Shown: in pieces, positions 56,387-63,296 of the stretch
Position numbering within the stretch: position 1 is the stretch's first letter
Layout: each line of letters begins with the position of its first letter
Made by a program: the position numbers and the translations under genes
Notes under the pieces: generated by a model
Database searches by the model: none
What the model was told of the DNA's origin: nothing
What the model saw: the letters and a program-made list of their open reading frames with translations, nothing else
IMG/VR virus record: IMGVR_UViG_3300017978_000310
Coordinates: 1-63,296 of that record
Reading direction: 5' to 3' (one strand)
DNA from: a virus
Taxonomy: Duplodnaviria > Caudoviricetes
Length of the DNA: 63,296 nucleotides

Positions 56387-57037
56387 ATGTCAAAGAATAC
56401 AGATTTAGGTAATTTAGTTAATGGACTTTTTGTTAGTTCTGCTAATAATGTTGGAATTGGTACGACTGCTCCAAGTTATAAACTTCATGTTACAGGAACT
56501 TCTGGAGTAGGAGCAAGAACAATTCAAGCCGATGGAACGGGTACTGCATTTAATATAGTATCAGTTATCAACAATGGTTCGCAAATGTTTTTAGCTGCCG
56601 AGGGTAGTACAGCTGGAACGGTTGCAACTGGATCGCTAGCGTATGCTGGATTAATTGACATGAATACCAATACTGCTTTGCAATTCGCAACTTTTGCAAC
56701 GGTAAGAATGACAATAAGTAACGGCGGAAATGTAGGAATAGGAACTACTAATCCAACTTATAAACTACAAGTTGAAGGAAATACATTTTTACACGGAGAT
56801 ATTAGCTTTGGTTTATATGGCGAAACAACATATTTTAGATCGGTACAAGTATTAAATTATTTGGTAATTGGAGGTTCTGAAAATATTACTTTTCAAACTT
56901 ATAATAATGATGCCTGGGGGGCAAGAATGACTATAAAGAAAAATGGTATTATAAATTTTTCAAATGTGCCTAGTTCGTCATCAGGTTTATCAAGTGGAGA
57001 TGTTTATAAAATTGGTGGTACCTTAATGATAGTTTAA
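56387..57037 (+). CDS. Short fibre protein
   Basis: Two NVGIGTT.P..KL.V.G repeats. Confidence 0.7.
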   Translation: MSKNTDLGNLVNGLFVSSANNVGIGTTAPSYKLHVTGTSGVGARTIQADGTGTAFNIVSVINNGSQMFLAAEGSTAGTVATGSLAYAGLIDMNTNTALQFATFATVRMTISNGGNVGIGTTNPTYKLQVEGNTFLHGDISFGLYGETTYFRSVQVLNYLVIGGSENITFQTYNNDAWGARMTIKKNGIINFSNVPSSSSGLSSGDVYKIGGTLMIV

Positions 57038-57069
57038 AATAATATTTTAAAAAACACAAACAAATAATT

Positions 57070-57402
57070 ATGACAACAGAATATACTTGGCAGGTAGTAC
57101 AAATGGATACTAAGCCACAAGAAGGAAATTTAATCGATGTAGTAGTAGTAGTACATTGGATTAGAAATGGAGTAGCTGTAGATGGAGATAAGACATACTC
57201 GGCATTTCTATATGGAACTATGGCGTGTCAAACTCCATCTGAGACTGACTTTACTGCATATCCAGATTTGACATTTGAGCAAGTTTGTGGATGGTTAGAT
57301 GCTGGATTAGATGTGCCTGCATTAAATGCTAACATAGATTCTCAAATTGAGGGTCAAATTAATCCTCCAATTATAATTTTACCGCTTCCTTGGATTTCTT
57401 AA
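57070..57402 (+). CDS. Fibre-associated small protein
   Basis: YTW..VVVHW..FTAYPDLTFEQVCGW..LPW pattern; follows the fibre genes. Confidence 0.6.
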   Translation: MTTEYTWQVVQMDTKPQEGNLIDVVVVVHWIRNGVAVDGDKTYSAFLYGTMACQTPSETDFTAYPDLTFEQVCGWLDAGLDVPALNANIDSQIEGQINPPIIILPLPWIS

Positions 57403-57423
57403 TGTTATTATTTAAATTGCTTT

Positions 57424-58119
57424 ATGGCATATTTATACAGACACATTAGGTTAGATAAAAATGAGCCATTTTATGTGGGGATTGCGACTCACTTAAAAAG
57501 AGCTTATGATAAATCTTCTAGAAAAAATAAAATTTGGAAATCAATAATTGCTAAAACTGATTATGAAGTTCAGATTTTATTTGATGATTTAACTAGGGAA
57601 GAAGCTTTAGAAAAAGAAAAAGAATTTATTTCTATTTATGGAAGAATAGATTTGAAAAATGGTACTTTATCTAATCACACAGATGGGGGAGAATATTTTA
57701 ATGGATTGTGGAATAAAGGAAGAAAGGCTTCAGAAGAAACTAAAGCTAAACAACGTGAGGCAGCAAAAAATAAGCCTCCTATGTCTGAAGAAACAAAAAG
57801 AAAAATATCTAATTCTCATAAAGGAAAATCTATTTCTGAAGAAACTAAAATAAAATTATCATTAATTAATATAGGTACAAAAAAAAATCCCTGGACTGCA
57901 GAAAGAAGGATTAAGATTGAAAATTCATGGAAATCTAAAATAGAAAAAATATCTCAATATGATTTAGAAATGAATCTTATAAAAATTTGGGACAATAGAA
58001 TAATTGCTAGTGAAGAATTAAATATAAAAAAAGATTGGATAAGAAATTGCTTAAGAGGTAAAATGAAAAATGCCGGTGGATTTATATTTTCTTATTTAGA
58101 TTCTAATATAATTTCTTAA
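57424..58119 (+). CDS. GIY-YIG-like homing endonuclease with NUMOD3 repeats
   Basis: YLYRH..FYVG..RAY; three SEETK repeats; C-terminal HTH. Confidence 0.85.
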   Translation: MAYLYRHIRLDKNEPFYVGIATHLKRAYDKSSRKNKIWKSIIAKTDYEVQILFDDLTREEALEKEKEFISIYGRIDLKNGTLSNHTDGGEYFNGLWNKGRKASEETKAKQREAAKNKPPMSEETKRKISNSHKGKSISEETKIKLSLINIGTKKNPWTAERRIKIENSWKSKIEKISQYDLEMNLIKIWDNRIIASEELNIKKDWIRNCLRGKMKNAGGFIFSYLDSNIIS

Positions 58120-58140
58120 TTTTACAAAAAAAATAATAAA

Positions 58141-58410
58141 ATGAAAATAGACTTTAATTTTAGCTTATTGGATTTGGATGGTAATCCAATTGAAAATGCA
58201 AACGTAGGAAAGCTTATTGCTAACATCCTTGTACAACAATCTAAAGGCGATCCACTTAAGTTTTGGGATTGGGCTTTAGATTTAAATAAAGGTAAAGAGC
58301 TAGATCTTGACTCTTCCGATCAGGAAACATTTAGAAACTTTATTAAAGAAAATGAGCAGATTACAATTATTGCTAAGGCTCAGATTCTTAAAGCTTTAAA
58401 GAAAGATTAA
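58141..58410 (+). CDS. Hypothetical protein
   Basis: 89 aa, A-rich start. Confidence 0.6.
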   Translation: MKIDFNFSLLDLDGNPIENANVGKLIANILVQQSKGDPLKFWDWALDLNKGKELDLDSSDQETFRNFIKENEQITIIAKAQILKALKKD

Positions 58411-60427
58411 TTTCTTTTATTACATCCTCAGCAGAGATACTCTTATGGCATTCAAATTGTCTTGGAGTATCTTTGTGTCTTGGGCACCAATCCCAATCTC
58501 CTTTGTCAAATTTTAAATTAGGATCGTTCCAGCATCCGTTGCATACTGATTTGTTTTCGACACGAATACATTGAAATTCGTGTGATTCCACGGAAAAGTT
58601 TGCTATCATAACCACAGGTTTGCCTAAAGCCCAAGCCAGCCAGCTTACGCCTGAGCCTAATCCAATAAAAAACTGACTCATGTTTATTAATGACATAGTA
58701 TCTTCTATGTTGTGATTAATAATCTGCTCGCAATTATCAAATGGGTTTTCTTCTAGAGACACGTTTATAACTTTGTACCCTTTCTCGTGCAAGTAATTAA
58801 TAACACCTTGCCATCCTTCTTTGGTCCAAAACTTACACCCGGCTGTTGAGTTGGTTGCAATAGTAACTGTCTTTTTAATATATACCTTAGATTTAGTTGG
58901 CTTGTACTTTAACTTGGGCTTAATCTCGCTAAAATCTAATCCAAGAATATTAGTAGCAGCTTGTTGTAATGGGATAGTATTTGGCAAGACAGGCTCACGA
59001 TTTGAATCATAGTACCAGCCTATGTTATATTGTGCTGCGATGTTCTCAACTTTTGATCCTGGCTCTACTATTTCTATCTCAGGATAGTCCAGTATATTTG
59101 CAAAAAAACTGGACAAAATTACTTTGCAGTTATGCTTTTTTTGAAACTCTAAAGCGTAAGGAGCCCAAGCAATATTGTCACCAAGTGATTTACTATCGAT
59201 ACAAATCAAAACACGCTTTCCTTCTAAATTAAGCGTACTTTCGTAAATCTTCTCCCCTTTCTCATATACTTCAACAGACCATTTCTCGTAGTATTGTCTG
59301 TTTAATCTAGCCCAAGAATTGTTCGAAATTGTGTTCTCGTAAACAACTTCACCTATACCATTTTTCCATACTAGGTGGAACCAAGATTTGACAGCAGATT
59401 TTATCTCAAAATATGGGCCGTTAACATTGTGTTCTATTATCTGAACGTCTTGATCTTCGATTGGATTTTCTAAACATTTTGTATATGTAATAGATAGTTT
59501 AGTTACAAATTCCATCCAATTGTCATATGTAGGAGTAACATAGTTAGCTTTGATTGTATTTAAGTCTGTGTCAATTGGCTGTATGTAAGCCGCATATCTT
59601 CCGTGGTACTGTGGTAGGTTATGTCCAATAATTGGTAAGTTATATGCAATAGCCTCACGCAATGCAAGTGGATTGCATTCAATTGTGCTATTGAACATAA
59701 AGACATTAGAGTACTTTAAAAAATCATCTACATCATCACGTTCTCCCCATACTTTAACATTAGGAGGTAAGTCTTTCATCAACGGCTCCCAATACTCTTG
59801 GAAGTTTCCTGCTTGGTTTCCAACAAAGTGAAATATCCAATCAGGATTCTTTCTTGCAATCTCTATGCCCTCAGCTTGATTTTTTCCTGGTGTCCACAAA
59901 CCAACATTAACGACATACTTTGTGTCTTCTTGTTTTTCGGATTCTTTAGGATCAATAGGGAATTCAATAACATACTTTGCCTTTGTAGGCATATTCTTAA
60001 ATGTAACTTCTTTATGATAACTCGAGCAGAATGCATATGCATCAGGATGAAACTTTCTTTCTTTATCCGGATTAAAGAATACATCATGACAAGTCTCAAT
60101 AATGCGATGTGATCTTGTTGGCGTGTATAACTCTGCCATTACATCGTGATCAAATCTCTCAGCCACATCATGAAGATGAATGATATCAGGCTTTATACTT
60201 GCTACTATGTCAAGTAATTCTGATTTGGTATCACCAAGAGTATATACTTTGTTGCCAAGTATTTCTTTTATTGCATTGCGATGAACCACAAAATCTGCTG
60301 TAAAGAACCTATATTCAACTACGTGTATATCGTACATTTCGTTTAATAATTGTACTTGCTTAAGAAGAAAAGATGGCATCCCTCCTGTAGATAAGTGAGG
60401 GGCTAAGTATAAAATCTTGGATTTCAT
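58388..60427 (-). CDS. GT4-like + TibC/AAH-like (autotransporter O-heptosyltransferase family) fusion
   Basis: PHLSTGGMP, KNQ and FNSTIECNPL..REA (GT4); KRVLI..SLGDNIAW, FFIGLGSGVSWLAW and C-x2-C-x15-C-x11-C. Confidence 0.85.
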   Translation of the reverse strand: MKSKILYLAPHLSTGGMPSFLLKQVQLLNEMYDIHVVEYRFFTADFVVHRNAIKEILGNKVYTLGDTKSELLDIVASIKPDIIHLHDVAERFDHDVMAELYTPTRSHRIIETCHDVFFNPDKERKFHPDAYAFCSSYHKEVTFKNMPTKAKYVIEFPIDPKESEKQEDTKYVVNVGLWTPGKNQAEGIEIARKNPDWIFHFVGNQAGNFQEYWEPLMKDLPPNVKVWGERDDVDDFLKYSNVFMFNSTIECNPLALREAIAYNLPIIGHNLPQYHGRYAAYIQPIDTDLNTIKANYVTPTYDNWMEFVTKLSITYTKCLENPIEDQDVQIIEHNVNGPYFEIKSAVKSWFHLVWKNGIGEVVYENTISNNSWARLNRQYYEKWSVEVYEKGEKIYESTLNLEGKRVLICIDSKSLGDNIAWAPYALEFQKKHNCKVILSSFFANILDYPEIEIVEPGSKVENIAAQYNIGWYYDSNREPVLPNTIPLQQAATNILGLDFSEIKPKLKYKPTKSKVYIKKTVTIATNSTAGCKFWTKEGWQGVINYLHEKGYKVINVSLEENPFDNCEQIINHNIEDTMSLINMSQFFIGLGSGVSWLAWALGKPVVMIANFSVESHEFQCIRVENKSVCNGCWNDPNLKFDKGDWDWCPRHKDTPRQFECHKSISAEDVIKEINLSLKL

Positions 60428-60470
60428 TTTTGAATTAATTAGATTAGCAGTAAATATAAAAGGAAAATGC

Positions 60471-60478
60471 TAAATTTG
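60471..60478 (+). promoter_or_regulatory. Bacteroidota -7 promoter box for the packaging operon
   Basis: TAAATTTG in a divergent intergenic gap. Confidence 0.6.
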
Positions 60479-60501
60479 CATATCAATTAAATAAAATAAA
60501 A

Positions 60502-60756
60502 ATGAAAAAATTAGAAGAACAAGAATTATCACGTCTTAACGAAACAACAAAAGGTCTTCGTGAAGCACGCACAACAATCGCAGATATTGAGATTTCTTTA
60601 AATCGATTAAAGACTCAAAAGCAATCAGTATTATTTAATGCTGAGAAGTTTGCAGAAGAATTAAATAACATCCAGGGGGAGCTTCAAGAAAAATATGGCA
60701 ACGTATTGATTGACACCGTAACTGGAGAAATCAAAGAACAAAATGCTAATTCGTAA
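60502..60756 (+). CDS. Small coiled-coil protein
   Basis: Heptad pattern ending KYG..IDTVTGEI. Confidence 0.6.
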   Translation: MKKLEEQELSRLNETTKGLREARTTIADIEISLNRLKTQKQSVLFNAEKFAEELNNIQGELQEKYGNVLIDTVTGEIKEQNANS

Positions 60757-60961
60757 AATATCTATTGGTCCTGATTACAAGAATGCTATGAACTATACTC
60801 ACGGGCAAGAAGTCCTTGATAAGTCATATCGTATTCATTTAATTAAACAAGAGGATAGTGGCTCGGTTAGTATTTTTATTGAGAAGAATACTGAAGTTAT
60901 TCTTTGGAAATCAATTGCATCAACTACACCATTTGTCCTCGAGTATAACATCGAGTTCTAA
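60743..60961 (+). CDS. Hypothetical protein
   Basis: 72 aa, coupled on both sides. Confidence 0.65.
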   Translation: MLIRKISIGPDYKNAMNYTHGQEVLDKSYRIHLIKQEDSGSVSIFIEKNTEVILWKSIASTTPFVLEYNIEF

Positions 60962-61509
60962 TGAAGTCTCCATTTTATTTTATCGTAAAGCCAAAAGATG
61001 GTAAGCGATATGATGATGAGCGTAATGGCATCATTTTATCCACGTCTAAGGAAGATTATAAAACAGCCACTCGTGAGGCTGTTGTAATCGCTACACCAAT
61101 TGGATATAAAGGTCCTATTCAAGAGGGTGATGTAATCATTGTTCATCATAATACTTTTAAGTATTACTATGATATGCGTGGCCGTGAGAAGTCATCATGG
61201 AATTATTTTCGTGATGATTTGTTTTTTATCGATGATCCATACGCATACAAGCATGAGTGTGAAGATTGGAAAGGAGTTGGCCGATATGTGTTTGTTTCTC
61301 CTGTTGAGAACGACCATACTGGCATTACCACTATTGATGCAGAAAAGCCTCTTGTTGGCACGATAAAGTATGCGAATGATGAAGTACTTGACCTTGGTCT
61401 TAAAGTGGGCGATATGGTCACGTTTGAGCCTGAATCCGAGTATCCTTTCTGGATTGACGAAACCAAGGTTTATAGAATGTACACCAAAAATCTAACTATT
61501 AAGTTATGA
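60961..61509 (+). CDS. Tandem GroES-fold-like protein
   Basis: Two units of V.P..GI..V/I..GD.V. Confidence 0.55.
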   Translation: MKSPFYFIVKPKDGKRYDDERNGIILSTSKEDYKTATREAVVIATPIGYKGPIQEGDVIIVHHNTFKYYYDMRGREKSSWNYFRDDLFFIDDPYAYKHECEDWKGVGRYVFVSPVENDHTGITTIDAEKPLVGTIKYANDEVLDLGLKVGDMVTFEPESEYPFWIDETKVYRMYTKNLTIKL

Positions 61510-61787
61510 GTCGTATAACAGAATTAAAGAAACGCATTATTGACTCAGGATATAAAGCCGTTGAAGAGTTAATTAAAGTTGCTGAAGAGAAGATTGTTAC
61601 GCACCAAGACGATGACTTAAGTGCAGACAAATTAAAGAATGCTGCCCAAGCTAAGAAGTTAGCCATCATGGATGCATTTGAAATACTTAAACGTGTAGAG
61701 GAGGAAAGCAACATTATAGAGGGCGTTGTTAATAATCAAGTTAATACCAACCGAGGTTTTGCTGAGTCTAGAGCCAAGAACAAATGA
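61506..61787 (+). CDS. Probable terminase small subunit
   Basis: Helical, 93 aa, ATGA-coupled to terL. Confidence 0.55.
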   Translation: MSRITELKKRIIDSGYKAVEELIKVAEEKIVTHQDDDLSADKLKNAAQAKKLAIMDAFEILKRVEEESNIIEGVVNNQVNTNRGFAESRAKNK

Positions 61788-63296
61788 GTCTATACAAATT
61801 AGTTTACGATCTTGTTCCACAAAAGATTCTTGACAAGAAGAATGCCAAGAAAGAGTGGGAGTACGGATATAATCCAGAGTATGATATTATTATTATATCT
61901 AAGGATGGAACTCTAGGAGATATATACGACATACAGAATCTTAGAGTAGGATTACCTAAGACACCTGAAAAGGTATCATACAAAGGCAATAAGTGGGAGC
62001 CTGTTGAGTTACCAAAAGAACTATCACGCATTAAAACAATTTTTGATTGGAATAGGCGTGATAACTCGTTTAAGAACCAATGGGTTGATTTTGTTGAACA
62101 AGAGTTTGATCGAAGAGAGTTTGGCTATTGGTTTATAAACAAGGGTGTAAAGACTTATATGTCAGGGCACCATTATATGTATCTTACTTGGTCAAAGACT
62201 GACGTTGGTCATCCTGACTTTCGTGAATCAAACCGAATATTCTTTTTATTCTTTGAAGCTTGCAAAGCAGACACTAGATGCTTTGGAATGTGCTATCTAA
62301 AAAATAGACGTTCTGGCTTTTCTTTTATGGCCTCCTCTGTTTCCGTAGATATTGCTACCTTAGCAAAAGATGCTCGTATTGGTATGGTTTCTAAAACAGG
62401 CCCGGATGCTAAGAAAATGTTTACGGATAAGGTTGTTCCAATTGCAAATAACTATCCATTCTTTTTCCAGCCTGTGCGTGATGGTATGACCACACCAAAG
62501 ACTGAACTTGCATTCCGTGTACCTGCATCTAAGATTACACGCAAGAACATGGATCAGGAGCAGGATGAGGAAATTGATGGATTGGATACATCTATTGACT
62601 GGAGAAACACAGCTGATAACTCCTATGATGGCGAGAAGCTTCGATTCTTAATTGAGGACGAGGCTGCTAAATTAGAAAGGCCAATGAACATTGAGAATGG
62701 TTGGCGTATTCGTAAGACTTGTTTGCGACTAGGGGCAAGAATTATTGGTAAGTGCATGATGGGTTCTACATCTAACTCACTAGACAAAGGAGGAGAAAAC
62801 TATAAAAAATTATATCATGATTCAGATGTCACGAAAAGAAACAAAAATGGTCAGACGTTATCGGGTCTTTATTCGCTCTTTATACCGATGGAGTATAACT
62901 TTGAGGGATACATTGATGAGTACGGTCACGCAGTATTAGAGACTCCTGAAAAGCCAATTAAGTCTGCTGAAGGTACTTGGATAACGCAAGGAGTGATTGA
63001 GTATTGGAATAACGAGGTGTCATCTTTAAAATCAAATCCTGATGCACTTAATGAATTTTATCGTCAGTTCCCAAGAACAGAATCTCACGCATTCCGTGAT
63101 GAGACTAAATCATCTATTTATAACCTAACCAAAATCTATCAGCAGATAGATTATAACGATGGGCTTATTCAGGATCACGTATTAACCAAAGGATTCTTTC
63201 ATTGGAAAAATGGTGAAAAGGATACAGAGGTTATTTGGACACCAGATAAAAATGGCAGGTTCTTGGTATCTTGGATACCTGAAATATCAATGCGTA
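61784..63296 (+). CDS. terL: Terminase large subunit, N-terminal ATPase part (missed by the ORF track; runs off the end)
   Basis: ATG 61784; KNRRSGFS (Walker A variant), FLIEDEAAK (Walker B), MMGSTSN. Confidence 0.9.
   Translation, partial: MSLYKLVYDLVPQKILDKKNAKKEWEYGYNPEYDIIIISKDGTLGDIYDIQNLRVGLPKTPEKVSYKGNKWEPVELPKELSRIKTIFDWNRRDNSFKNQWVDFVEQEFDRREFGYWFINKGVKTYMSGHHYMYLTWSKTDVGHPDFRESNRIFFLFFEACKADTRCFGMCYLKNRRSGFSFMASSVSVDIATLAKDARIGMVSKTGPDAKKMFTDKVVPIANNYPFFFQPVRDGMTTPKTELAFRVPASKITRKNMDQEQDEEIDGLDTSIDWRNTADNSYDGEKLRFLIEDEAAKLERPMNIENGWRIRKTCLRLGARIIGKCMMGSTSNSLDKGGENYKKLYHDSDVTKRNKNGQTLSGLYSLFIPMEYNFEGYIDEYGHAVLETPEKPIKSAEGTWITQGVIEYWNNEVSSLKSNPDALNEFYRQFPRTESHAFRDETKSSIYNLTKIYQQIDYNDGLIQDHVLTKGFFHWKNGEKDTEVIWTPDKNGRFLVSWIPEISMR
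63242..63296. repeat. Terminal direct repeat, copy 2
   Basis: Identical to 1-55. Confidence 0.95.

Noticed and set aside
1-63296. Stop-codon reassignment
   Set aside because: Genes tile densely under the standard code, and TAA, TAG and TGA are all used as stops

Overview
This is an apparently complete, circularly assembled dsDNA phage genome of about 63,241 bp. Bases 1-55 equal 63242-63296, and the terminase gene reads in frame across the join. TAnnTTTG promoter boxes, A-rich starts without Shine-Dalgarno sites and BACON/SprB-like domains point to a Bacteroidota host. Plus strand, ~45.4 kb through the join to 25 kb: GroEL/GroES, small basic proteins, lysis, fibres, terminase, portal, capsid, a podovirus-type tail and ejection proteins. 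Minus strand, 25-44.7 kb: early genes, recombination, primase-helicase, helicase and two C5-methyltransferase-like genes. I recognised no DNA polymerase, RNA polymerase, integrase, tRNA or CRISPR. The strongest candidate for a new system is phage-encoded O-glycosylation of virion proteins. A tail protein with mucin-like PTTT tracts sits directly upstream of a two-domain glycosyltransferase, and a fibre with proline-free (Gly-Thr/Ser-X)n collagen-like blocks sits near a GT4 + TibC/AAH-like fusion. Other signals include a small gene nested in the +1 frame of the giant ejection gene, a kissing-loop RNA leader, two diverged origin-like elements, repeated early-gene hairpins and a 16-bp-phased palindrome array. 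All family calls come from motifs recognised by eye; no searches were run.
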